Shown here piece by piece: positions 13,643-26,525 of a stretch of DNA of 64,000 nucleotides. The DNA lies in NCBI GenBank assembly GCA_003344405.1, contig NOWV01000193.1:1-64000 (forward strand), read 5' to 3'. This DNA comes from Trichoplax sp. H2 (lineage: Eukaryota). Both the position numbers and the translations under genes were made by a program. The notes below the pieces were generated by a model. It was not told the DNA's origin. It did not search any database and was given only the letters and a program-made list of their open reading frames with translations. The first letter of the stretch is position 1, and every line of letters starts with the position of its first letter.

Positions 13643-16600
13643 CTATTTCTTAGACTCTTGACCTTCAAAAAGGTGGTACTTAGTAATTGTTTCTTTCCAT
13701 GTTGTGAGTCCTTTAACCAAGTCTGAGACTACCTTTGGCGCAATATCCGCCTATCAATTAGGATATACAAGCAATTATAATCTTACTTTATTGCCCAATA
13801 GATTAATCAGCATTTAAACTACAAAATGTTGTTGATTACGTTTAATCTGATCTGCTGCATGGTATTTCGTTCGCGAAGTGTTACAGTGGCTGGATTATTG
13901 GTGACAGTATCGAAGTCAACTGTAATACCATAGGGGATGCCAATTTGATCTGTTCGTGCATATCGTCTACCAATAGAGCCAGCAGAGTCATCAACCTTGT
14001 TTGAAATTCCGTGCAATTTTAATTCACTAGCTACATGCAATAAAATTCGACAATAAGTTAGCGGATAACGTAATGCCTTTATGAACTTTTGTAACCAAAA
14101 TTGAAATTTATAGATCCTATACTGAGTACCTAGCTGCTTTATGTAAGGATCAAATTCTTTCTTAGCACTAAGTGGAAGAACACTACATTTTACTGGAGCT
14201 ACGGGAGGAGGCAAAGACAGCCACTAGAATATGAAATAGAAATACAGTGTAGAATGTAGATAATCTCAACAAAAATCTATTTGTTGGCACTTATATTTAT
14301 AAGAAACTAGTAAAATATTTAGCAACAAATAATATATTGTACAGGACTAAAATTACGCGGCGCTTTTATAATTCTTTAATATACCGATCTTTGCTCATCT
14401 CCTTCTCGTATTCGAAAATTATGTTCTAGAATTGAATATAGGATACGCCCAAATCCAAACGAAGGTTCGATCACAGATGGTGTAATATCCACCACTATAT
14501 ACGCGCATACGTGCAAGAATACAAACGATCTAAGAGAATGAACGTTTTCAACGACAATTGTAGCAACTAACCATGAATTTCTTTCTCATAACGTTTAACT
14601 GCTATCATATCTTCGCTTATTGTTAACTTCTTCGAATCGATATCTACTTCAATTTGGCTGCAAGAAATTTTTAGAAATTTTAAATTGCTATTTACATGGC
14701 ATATTAACATAATGAATGTAATCAATTTAACTTTACCTTGTATCCTTTAGCATTTTATCATATTTTTCAGCTGTATCATTGTCTAGATTACTGAAATATT
14801 GCATAATTTTCTTAGCATCGCCCTTAAACGCTTTACCTACTTTAGACTTGTTTAAGACAACTTCGACGACAGGAGTGATTTTGTAATTATTGTTAAGGTT
14901 AACTATTGAAATTCATCTTTAAATAGCAATTATTATAAACTGAATGATATTCATTAATTGTAACGGATATTGGCTCTTTCAGAGTTTCCCTAGCGCATAG
15001 ACTAGCACCTGTAGCCTTAACATGACATTTTAAGTCATAGCATGAACGATTAGCACATCCAACACATTCTACCCACCCCTAAACAACAAAAATTATATCA
15101 TGTAAAGATCTATAGTTACAACCATATATAAAATTAAACTATCCAAGTACTAAGTACATTGTATTGTAAAGTTATAATTATATAATTTACGTAGGAGGTT
15201 TTGCATTCAGCGTCCCAACAGTCTGTGGCGTAGTGAGCCATTTCATTATCCATATGTTGTCGAAATCGTAAATATTTAGGATCTATGCCCATTTTTGTTA
15301 GATAAAGGCTTATACGTCCAAGAAAATATCCCATACACCGACTGCCAATAACACCCTACGGGATAATTGATGTTATATTATCAACCCTTTTGTTCATATT
15401 ATTACTTAGTGTTATTATGATTGAAATCCTTTAGTATTGTATATTTCTTATGATACACCTGTACCTCATCCACAGCATTTTTAATGGACATTTTCCTAGT
15501 AGGCTTCCCACTAACTTGGTGATCTTTGGGGAATAAAGTTACTTCAACATCAGCAACAGAGTCAAATTTGAAATGATCATTGTCATTGGGATGATAAAAG
15601 TATTCAATCTCTCCCAAGGTGAATTCTCTACGGGAAAAATTGTCCAATTGTTAAGCTAATATATAGTCATTATTCCAGGGTAATTATCAAATTATAGCAT
15701 ATCATACCTAACTCTTAGAAGACCTGATCGCGGGGATACTTCATTTCGAAAAGCGGAACCAATTTGAGCGGCTGCAAAGGGTAATTTGCCTTGATTATAC
15801 TCCAGTAAATAGTCAAAATTAACAAACATCCCTTGTGAAGTTTCAGGTCTCAAGTAACTGTGAAGTAATTTTGTTGCTTAGTAATATAATAATGATTATA
15901 ATTTGTAGCTTTTAGTGTCAATAAGAGGAATATACGTATCAAATCATTATAGTTATTTTTACCCGCTAACTCCACCACTAGGTCCAATTTCCGTCCGAAA
16001 CATAAGGTTGAAAGGCATAGGATCGGAAACGTTATTGCCTGTTACTGGAGATTTTACCTCGAATTTTTTTATTTGGTCTCCCAACTCCTGCAGACTTAAA
16101 CTTTCTACCTACACAATTACGATGGCCAATTAATGAACTTGATTAAACGATTTTACCATTTCTGATAACATATCGAATGAAAATGAAGCTAATCCTTTAC
16201 TATATACTTGCGTAGAATACCTTGGTGCGCAAGTTGATAATTTCTTGCCTGCTATCGCCTTCTAGATTTTTATCTGCTAGCAGTTTTTCCAAATGAGCTA
16301 CAACAGAAACATACGTAGTTTTGAATTTTGAATCATTATTACTTTTGAATAGGCAGTAATATCACAATGAATCGCTACCGTCTAATAAGTGGTCTGCCCT
16401 AAGACATTCTCCGGTTTTGACATCTTTTACTACGTAGTCTAGAAAACGATCAAGATGGCCGGAAGCTCTGTAATTTTAAAAATGCAATATAACATTTTAT
16501 GAGATATTATCATCCAAACACAGAATATGAATAATTTAATGTACTTGAAAACTGGTTCTGGCGCCAAACTACTGGATTCGATTTCCAGCATATCTTCTTC

Positions 16601-18270
16601 CAATACAAAATGCAATCGCCATTCCTGCAATAAATTATTTTTCATAGCACAACCAGTCGGTCCAAAATCATACAAGCCAGCTATGCCACCATATATAGAG
16701 AATGAAGGCCGATAGAAAAATCTTTGCTTCAATAATGTCTCTAATTGGCTACGATTGAATTCGTCAGGGGGATTCAAAGCTTTTTCCTAATTGTTGGACA
16801 GCAACATTTTCAAATTTGTATCGATATAATATATAATGCCAAAAAATGTCTATTCTATTTATGGAGTATTCTCTTATCATTGGAGTGAGAAAAAGTGCTG
16901 ATGTGATTGTGATAAATGATGTTCATTTAGCTAACCTTATCTTCCAGTTGTTTTTTACGTCTTTTCAATTCAGCAACAGCTCGACTAATGTCCGCTTTGG
17001 GTGCTTGACTTTCCTTTAGTTCCCTTACTCTATCACCCTAATATTAAACGAAGAATAAAATCAATTTATCATTGCATTGCTCAATGTGTAATAACTATGG
17101 CTACTGGTTAAGATTGCAGCAATGTAAGATAGCAATGGTATATATATAATCCGAAAAACGAAGAAATTTTCGATCACTGTCTATTACAACTACAACACGT
17201 ATGATATTCCATCTGTACTATAATGTAATATTACTGCAATTATAATAATTTAACGCGAAAATATGTGATACATGGTTAATTAAAGCACGCATGCTGCTAC
17301 TTTAAAAACATTATTACCACATGAAGTTTTTAAAGGAGATGTTTGCATCGTATCTCGTCGTCACTCTGGTGTATCTACTGTACTAATTGCCGACCAACTG
17401 AAGTCCAAATACGTGTAGATAGGCTACTCTTTAATAAATTGATAATAACGAGTTATGCAAAATATGATATGTCCTGTATTCTAGTGACGGAATATCTTTA
17501 AGTAGTACTAATGAATTAATTCAACTATGAATCGACATACGTCATTGCACATTAAATACTTTCATTCAATCGTTTGCATGCTAAGATTATAACTGTAACA
17601 CATTAATTTAGTGTATTAATGATAGACTGAATTTTCTGTTCTATTTCATATCGCTAAAAGATTACAGTGACTGTCTGTTCAGGTTATATGAGGTATGCGG
17701 AATCTGCGAATATGGTATCCATGGATTGTAATCATACTCGAGTAAATGACAGTTTGTTACTGGTATGGCTATGAGCAATCACATCATGACCAATGAATTA
17801 GTGTTAGCATAGTAGCCAAGAATCAACAATACCTTGCTTCAGGTTTACGAATACTGTACTGCTATCGTAACGCAACACATTTAATTGATTTCAACTCATT
17901 TCATTCAATGGAAACAAACCTGTTCTTTGACAAGCAAGCGTAGAGGCGCAAGTTGCTGCTCTATTTCAATCTCGCTAGCCATAGTGTGCAATTGAGACGA
18001 TTTGAAGAAATTGAACGCGCAGGAAATTACGGATAAACGAACGAGCCAACTATCTCGATGTATCAATGAGTTAGAATAATCACGATCTCGTTGTTGAGAC
18101 GAATTAGGGAGCCAACAATCTCGATAGATCGATGCGCTATAACAACGATTATGTTGTTGAGACAGGTAGACCAGCCAAGACTGAGATTGATAGTGGCGAA
18201 TAGTATTGATAGCACGAGGCAAGGTGTTATTCTTAGCTGAGATGGAGAGAAATTTGGCTAGCGACAGCAT
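13643..18270 (-). CDS. GARS1: Glycine--tRNA ligase (eukaryotic homodimeric type, WHEP domain), probably dual mitochondrial/cytosolic
   Basis: WHEP exon [125 protein letters not shown]-terminus [11 protein letters not shown] (stop 13643-13645). Second in-frame ATG at 17982 ([15 protein letters not shown]). Confidence 0.96.
14883..14970 (-). other. U12-type (minor spliceosome) AT-AC intron in GARS
   Basis: Minus strand: exon ..CTG AAA GAG CCA | ATATCCGT... branch AACCTTAAC (14900-14892) ...AATTAC | AAA ATC ACT CCT. Removal gives the in-frame join [12 protein letters not shown]. Confidence 0.85.
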
Positions 18271-18915
18271 AAGAAGAGCAGGGCAGATTCCTGTTGTGAG
18301 GCACTGCTAGGTGCTATAACTACGCAATAACGGATATTGCTGATGAAAAAGAGACGAATGCAATTGACCGTGCAGCCGATGCTCTCACTACAGTACGGCA
18401 AGGTTAGACATTTTTAGTTGCGGCATGTCGTACTGTACAGTACATACAGTGTACAATACATTCTGCACATACAGTACCGTACTGTACAGTACAGTGTACA
18501 GTACAGTACAGTATGATTATTTTCGATGTCTCCTCTTCGTTAAAAAATTAAAGTTGTATTCCGTTGAAATTCCTGTATAGTATTTATATATACCCATAGA
18601 AGCATATCTCCCAATATAGATTATCATGATAACATGAACGTACTATGTCNNNNNNNNNNNNNNNNNNNNGTATTGATAGCACGAGGCAAGGTGTTATTCT
18701 TAGTTGTGATGGAGAGAAATTTGGCTAGCGACAGCATAAGAAGAGCAGGGCAGATTCCTGTTGTGAGGCACTGCTAGGTGCTGTAACTACGCAATAACGG
18801 ATATTGCTGATGAAAAAGAGACGAATGCAATTGACTGTGCAGCCGATGCTCTCACTACAGTACGGCAAGGTTAGACATTTTTTAGTTGCGGCATGTCGTA
18901 CAGTACAGTACGGTA
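18203..18915. repeat. Duplication across gap 18650-18669 (18203-about 18445 vs 18670-about 18915) containing the GARS start codon; probable alternative haplotype
   Basis: Both copies start GTATTGATAGCACGAGGCAAGG; near-identical with a few SNPs, then diverge within the TACAG tract. Confidence 0.85.
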
Positions 18916-19650
18916 CTGTATGTGCAGAAAGTATTGTACACTGTACACTGTAAAGTACAGTGTACAGTATCATAGTACAATACTGCACACTGTAATCTAC
19001 AGTGTATAGTACTGTACTTTGAACAGACCTCGGCAGAGACTCCTCAACCAACCAACTTGCACAAAATTCATCAACTAGCCGTATCCAACCCCCGTCCCAT
19101 ATCTTAGATAAGTAAAACATGTAACTAGTACAGTACATACTGTGATTACAACAGAATGCAATTGACTGTGTACTGTGCAGCCGATCCTCTCACTACAGTA
19201 CGGCACGGTTTAGACCTGACCACGGTTAGACATTTTTTAGTTGCGGCATGTCGTACAGTACAGTACCGTTTCGTTCAGAAAGTATCATGATATAATACTG
19301 TACGCTGTACACTACAGTACAGTACAGTGTACAGTACTATACTTTAAACAGACCTCGGCAGAGACTCATCAACCAACCAATTTGCACAAAATTCATCTAC
19401 TACCCATATCCAACTCCCGTCCCGTATCTTAGATACGTACAACATGTAACTACTACTGTGATTGCAACAGAATACAATTGACTGTGCAGCCGATCCTCTC
19501 ACTACAGTACAGTACAGTATCATAATACTGTACTGTACACTAGTGTACAGTGTACAGTGTACAGTACTATACAGTACTTTGAACATTCATCAACTACCCA
19601 TATCCAACTCCAGTCCCGTATCTTAGATACGTAAAACATGTAACTTGTAC
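18823..19650. repeat. Tandem repeat of about 315-330 bp unit (about 2.5 copies) with embedded TACAG tracts in the GARS/SDR divergent intergenic region
   Basis: GAAT(G/A)CAATTGACTGTG..CAGCCGAT.CTCTCACTACAGTA recurs at about 18823, 19154 and 19470. AACAGACCTCGGCAGAGACTC..CCAACCAA and ATCCAAC.CC.GTCCC.TATCTTAGATA also recur. Confidence 0.85.
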
Positions 19651-20449
19651 TGAGCTTGGTAAATATTCTTCAATTCACTTTACGTCACTTTACTTCACGT
19701 CACGCCTTGATCAGTAGTTCACTGTAGTTGATACTTGATAGTACTGTACAGTCACAGTGTACAGTATAACTTGATACTAACTCTTACACGTTAGTCAAAT
19801 CCTGTAAAGTATTTCTAACATTCCATTTAGCATATATGTTGCAAAATGAGCTGGGGTCAAATCAGTAAAATGCTCTTCAGGGTTGTAACAAACACTGCTT
19901 ACGACTACTGGAAAAAGCCCTGACATCCTGCACAGTACATACAACGCTTCTATGATTCTATTTGATCTGCAATGTCTAGTGCATCTTATAAAATGACCAG
20001 GTGTAAAATCAGTCAAATACTCTTACGCTCACACCAGTTGCGACCAGGTGTTTGGAACACTGGTTAAACAGCTCCAGAAAAAAGTCCTCGTCTCCTCCTA
20101 GTAGTGCTGTTGAATAACCGTCCATTAGTACAATGTACAGTACAATAGTCTCATACTGTACACCGTAGGGGTAAATACTGTAGAAGCACTCAGGTCAAAT
20201 CATGGATGTCAAGTCCAGCCGAGCTCTACTAGATTCGATTCGATTCAAGACTCAAGCCTCATTAGTACTGTACTATACTGTACAGTACAGTACAGTAAGT
20301 TACACTGAGCTTTCTTCCACTTGATCGGCGTTAGTACTATACGGTAACTACAGCTGCTTTCCAATTGATCGCCATTAGTACAACTTCCACTTGAGCTTTT
20401 TCCACTTTGATCGGCATTAGTTTCCAGAGTCAAAACGCAAATCGCAGAC

Positions 20450-23074
20450 ATGGTTCTTGCAGCATTGATTGATGTAGCTCTTATTTTGCTTAGAATATTG
20501 TTGAGTATTGTCATATCAATACTCAGATGCTTTATTCCTGCTCCTAAAAAAGATGTTAAAGGCAAAATTTTCTTAATTACCGGCGGAGCCAGTGGCTTGG
20601 GCAGATTAATGGCTACAAAATTTGCTGCTTTAGGAGGAATTATTGTCATTTGGGACATCAATGAACAGGGTAATAAATCGATACAGTCGGAAATTCGAGC
20701 TGCTGGTGGGACTGCATACACCTATATAGTTGATATTTGCAACAAAGATAAAATTTACGAAGCGGCCGACTTGGTTAGAAAGGACGTGGGAGATGTGGAC
20801 TTTTTAATCAATAATGCTGGTATCGTTAGCGGTAAAAAATTATTAGACTGCAGTGACAACATGATATTAAAAACCATGCAGATAAACAGTATTGCGCATT
20901 TTTGGGTAAGTAGAATGGATAGCTATTCGAACGAAATTAATTAACCAATACTCTCTTAAAATAATTGCTTTTCAAGTAGACAGTCACGTATACGGTATAC
21001 CTACTTACCTACTGCACTCGAATGTTCTACAGTACTTTATAATGCTCTGGTGCTCATCTACGCTAGTGCTGAAATAATTGTGAATTCGCTTTCTGCCCAC
21101 CATTCAATAACCTCAGATTAGAATAATTATAAGTATCAGCGATCGAGCAGTTTCCATAGATAATCGTAACATCAGTAGATGCTTCATTACAGCACGATTA
21201 TGGAGTTGTTATTTCTGTAATAACGTATTTTAGGCTAGGATAGAAACAACAATTTGCAAAGTACACTGTCGTTAGTAGATGGCAACTCTATATTGTACAA
21301 GAAGTGACGATAAACTACGTCACTTAGAAGGGTAATTTTAAATGCTAGCTTAGACAGTTAATTAGTAACTTCCCGTGTTTCAAGCGGATACAAGTACTGG
21401 TAGAATGCGTATATTGCTATACTAGCAGAATATAACTGCAGAACAGTAATTTAACAATATCCGTTTTTTCGTTGGCAATGGATTTATGAAATTACGGCCA
21501 TAGTTTGTGGTGTTGTCCTAAATTAAGCATGATAATTCTTAAAATTGTTAACTGTACTCTGGATTTATTAATTTAATTACAGACTACAAGGGCTTTTCTA
21601 CCAAAAATGATGGAGAAGGATGAAGGTCATATTGTTACAATTGCATCAACAGCAGGATTCTTTGGAGTTAATCGATTGATCGACTACTGTACGTCTAAGT
21701 TTGCCGCGGTAGGTTTTGATGAATCTTTGCGTGATGAGCTAAGAATTGCACGGTCCAAAGTAAATACAACGGTTATTTGCCCAACCTACATCTCTACCGG
21801 AATGTTTGAAGGCTCTAAGTTTAGGTTAGTGTGCGTTTCAATTCTGGTAATGCTTAAACCATCTTTTGATAAAGATGCAACTATTTGCTGTAACAGTACC
21901 CATTCTGAAACACTATACTGTACAGTAGTTAAATAAATAATTGCAGTCAAGACCATCTCAGTTCGATTTTTTAAAGTAATTCTTTAACAGACTGTAATAT
22001 TTTAAATTAAAACATTTTTATAACTAAATTACGCGTGGGATAAGTTGTCACAAAGTGATACATATTATCCAATAGATCACCTCTCATGTACAGACGGTAT
22101 CATAATTAGGATCGTAGGCATTAGAGAAAACTCTAACTATGCTATTATTATGGTACTAAAAGTTATAAATTAGTGGTATACCGTACGTATCACTGTATCT
22201 TGTTTAGCATCATCTATCGGATTGCTAGTAAAGTAAGTAGCTTGTATAGCTAAATATTTTGTAACGTTAATTTGATATGTTAATACCTAAGGAATACAGC
22301 TGTTATTATTGATAACTGTATGTAATTTACGTAAATTATAAGCTACAATAGCTATCTGAGAAGTCGTTAATTCTTGTCGCGCTGCTACCGGAAATAGTAC
22401 AACACTTATACATTATTTATGCATATAACTATACTTTACTGTATTATTAAGTTCTGTGCCTTGTCCAGTACTAAACTCAACGCATCAATCATTTTAAAGT
22501 ACGAACCTATCAACAATTGTATCAACATAACATAACTCTTTTATATACTGTAGATTTCAGTCGTTAATGCCTGTATTGACACCAGAATGGGTTACCGACC
22601 AAATTGTTGATGCAGTTTTAAGGAATCAGAAAATGTTATGTTTACCGAGAACGATACCTATTATGATATTTCTAAAAGGGTAAGTCTGTATGTACTTTGA
22701 TCTAGATTTCGATTTAGAATCAATCCATGGAGATAATTTATGAGTAGTAATTGGAGCTTAAATGATTTTGCATTGTAACATCATCAATTATTTTACTTTA
22801 TAATACATGGTTCGGTATTAAATTAATTATAATTAGTTATTTTATACTGTAATTGGGATCTGCATAGTATACAGTATAGTAAAAGTTTAGCAGCGTTAAT
22901 TTTGTGTACTACATTCATCACTCACTGTACAACTTTTTTATATGACCTTTTTATGACGTTAATCTTAGGCTTTTACCAATTGAAGCAACAGAAGCATTTT
23001 CTGACTTAGTTGGAGGTTCCCAATCTATGGAAGACTTCGTCGGCCACACTTCAGCTACTAAAAAGTCCTCTTAA
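20450..23074 (+). CDS. Short-chain dehydrogenase/reductase, SDR16C (retinol dehydrogenase / DHRS3-RDH10-SDR16C5-like), copy 1; exons about 20450-20905, 21583-21824, 22554-22679, 22970-23074
   Basis: N-terminal hydrophobic anchor, TGGASGLG, NNAG, catalytic YCTSK; GT-AG joins keep the frame to TAA 23072-23074. Confidence 0.9.
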
Positions 23075-24099
23075 TCTAGTTTTAATCACGTTCTTGTATC
23101 TTATATACTGTAGATGCAAGAAAAGTTTTAAAACAAAGAGACCGAATTGTCATGAACAATTTATCAAATTTTCAGTCAATATAAGAATGCGCGTGTTTAA
23201 ACAAACTTTTCTTATTCTCTCTGTTGCATGTACGATAGTGCAATCCACCAAGTAAATGCATAGCAATACGCGTAGGATTATTTGTTTAAGTTAACAGAAA
23301 TAGTTCAAAACAACTTAAACTATTAGTAGGAAGTGCGTCATCGTATATAAAGTTATTATTATTATAAATCTATATTTCCTATTCAGGGATTAGCGTAGCG
23401 GCCTGTATGGCAGATTTTATTGTTATTAACATTATCGTAATATTATCAACTTTGTTGTATGAAGATATTTAAATCGCATAAAGCACGAGTAGTCATTTCA
23501 GTAGACTTCCATTAGACATGCTCCTGCCTTTACATATTCTTGCATTGCTTGTTTGAAATGCAAGTTTTTGCTTCATCAAAAAACTTGACAACTTATATAC
23601 GGTGATAATACGTGGATGCAGATCCGACCAGGTCGGACTTCGCATTTACTTATTCACTAAGTTAAATGAATTACCGTCTTTGTATTTCTGATGAAAGTAA
23701 TGTAATGATCAATTTATGATATTTACACGTAAATATACCTAATCAAATTAAAGGCAATAAGTTGTTCGTTCGAAATTTCTGTGTAGAGGTGAATTGATAC
23801 ACTGCACGCGAATGGTTCGTCCGTAGCTTAAGGACGTTACAGCTTCGTCGAGAGCCCTAGCTTGCTTGCTACAAGCAAGGCTAATGTACACAGTACAGTA
23901 CTGTATAAAATTGTAAAGCAGAGGATGGTCGGTTATTCGATAGGCATTGGACGTAGTCTTATATGCGAACAATTGTCAATTCGATTAGCTAACGTACTTT
24001 ACGATATTGTAACACATATACTGTACGTGAACAATTACCAAATTGACTGATTTTATTCCTAGAATCATGTAAGTAAACAGACCAAAGATTTACTTTAAA

Positions 24100-24480
24100 T
24101 CATTATACAGTACAGTATTTGGTCAGCTTTACAAATTCAGTTTGCTATTCGAGCCTTTCGCCACTCCTTCAACTGCTGTACCGTATACTGTACAACTGTA
24201 CAGTACAGTGTACAGTACTAATGAGTATAGTACTGTACGTTACAGTACATTGTACAGTAGATGTGCTGTGCAGTACCGTCATACTGTACACTGTACACTG
24301 TACAGTATAGTACAGTACTGTACTGTACTGTACTGTACAGGCAAAGAAAAAAACTGTCTGTACTGTACCGGACTGTTCCTTTATTGGTACCATACAGTAC
24401 TGTACTGCACCGTACAATACCAAGTCGTGAGTACAGTACAGTACTGTACATCGTACAGTGTGTACCGTACTGTACGGCCA
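24100..24480. repeat. Dense mixed-orientation TACAG/TACTG tract upstream of RPL7
   Basis: Directly visible; ends about 75 bp before ATG 24551. Explains several overlapping spurious Y/S/T/V/C-rich ORFs. Confidence 0.9.
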
Positions 24481-24550
24481 TTGAAATATGCGCATGGGTA
24501 AATACGATTATTCACGTGCAAATCGTTCTTTTCAACCAACAGCAATCGAA

Positions 24551-26525
24551 ATGGCGACACGGTAAGTCGATAACTGTAAAGGATCTCTTGTCATCCATGT
24601 CTTTTACTGCATCATTTTGAGAAATTTTTACCCACAAATGTACTTTTACATCTTTCTATCGCCTTTATTCATGTTATTTTGTCAATCTTATTCTAAATGA
24701 TCATAAAATTGAGGTTCACTCTTCATTTTTGATTAAAATAGTACCGCGCATTAATCGCCATGACATACTAAGAACTTACAGTAGCTTCTTTACAACATTT
24801 CCTATCACTGCCAATGTAGAGCATTGCAATAAATCGACAAGCGAAATGATACACCTGAAAGTATAAGATGTTACATTCTAATTTGTCGTTAACTAAGATT
24901 AGAATCAATCTACCATGTCATACGTAACGTAATCGGTAATTTCGCCTATATATGGTGTGCCTACGTTTAGTGTAATAATTATATTTGCCGCACTTCTGTT
25001 TCTTAACTTTATTCGTATTCAGTACTTTGCCTTGCACACCATTTTTCGCTCTATTATACCAAGACTGTATGAATTTTTAAACTTACATTTACTTCTAAGG
25101 AGCTGTAGTATTCACGTATACCGATTTATTATTGTTAAGTAGGTCAGCAGCAATAGGTAACGTACTGTAAATTGACTAACTACTGTAAGGCGTTTGTAGT
25201 GCTTGACCATGCGAAATAGACGTTTTTGATAGACGTTATTTGGATACATGGTAGACTTTCAATGTTTCGTAAGGTTTAACCTAATTGTTTTGCCAATGAT
25301 TTCGTTAATATTGTGCGTCTATTAGGAATGAAAAATTGCCCACCCTCCCGGAGAGCGTCCTAAAGAAACGTAAGGCTCTAGAAAAGTTACGAGCTGAAAA
25401 GGAAAAACTGAAAATTGATACCCGAAAGGTTAGTTTGTAAAGAGGCGACTAAAATCTGACTTTGAAGTAAATTGTAGCATGAAACAGCCAGCTGTATTGC
25501 ACGAAAATTCACGATTACGTATGATATATTCGAAATTTTCCTGCCTTATTTTCATTTGAGGAGAAATAATGGCTATAAATTTGAAAGTAATTGGTATGAT
25601 ATTTTTAAATGATAGGCCAATAAAAACAAGAGAAGGGTAATTTTTAAAAGAGCTGAACAGTATGTAAAAGAATATCGTCTAAAAGAACGCGATGAAATTC
25701 GTCTGAAGCGAGAAGCAAGGAAAGAAAACAACTATTACCTGCCTGCTGAAGCCAAGCTAGCTTTCGTCGTTAGAATTCGAGGGTACACACTATAGCCGAT
25801 ATTCAGATCATATCTAACAGTAAAATTCTATTGGGATGATTGTTATATCCCATCTAATCTTTACCTTTGTACTAAAATCGATTAATCTAGTATCAACGGC
25901 GTAAGCCCGAAGGTTCGCAAAATTCTTCGCTTGCTCCGATTACGTCAAATCCATAACGGTGTTTTCGTAAAACTGAACAAGGCTACTATCAATATGTTGA
26001 AACTTGTCGACCCATATATTGCATGGGGGTAAGACTAGAAGTTATTAATTAATACGGCTCAATGATGCTGATTCTCTGAATCAGTAACTAATGATTACCA
26101 TCTCTTGTAACCCGTCACTGTAGTACATTTGTATAATTGACGAATGTAGATTGTACCGTAATAACGTGTTATTAAACTAATTGAATATGCTCAAATCTTT
26201 CTACAGTTACCCAAATTTGAAGAGCGTTCGAGAATTGATTTATAAGCGTGGCTTTGGAAAAGTTGATAAGAAAAGAATAGCTTTATCAGATAATGCAATC
26301 ATTGAAAATAGCCTTGGAAAATCTGGAATTATCTGTATGGAAGACCTTATACATGAGATCTTTACTGTTGGTCCCAATTTTAAACAAGCAAATAACTTTT
26401 TATGGCCCTTCAAGTTGTCGTCTCCACATGGTGGTATGCAGAAGAAAGGTAATCACTTCATTGAAGGAGGTGATTATGGAAATCGGGAAGAATATATCAA
26501 TCAGCTGATAAGAAAAATGAATTAG
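24551..26525 (+). CDS. RPL7: 60S ribosomal protein L7 (uL30), 5 exons
   Basis: Micro-exon ATG GCG ACA CG|gtaag, then [93 protein letters not shown] pyrimidine tract (TCGTTCTTTTC, about 24522) upstream could be a TOP/TCT start. Confidence 0.96.

Noticed and set aside
23633..23647. Perfect small palindrome TCCGACC-A-GGTCGGA
   Set aside because: Isolated 7 bp arms; could arise by chance and has no supporting context.
26050..26125. Possible C/D snoRNA in an RPL7 intron (ATGATGC..CTGA..ATGATT)
   Set aside because: Imperfect C box, no terminal CTGA D box and no recognisable rRNA antisense guide.
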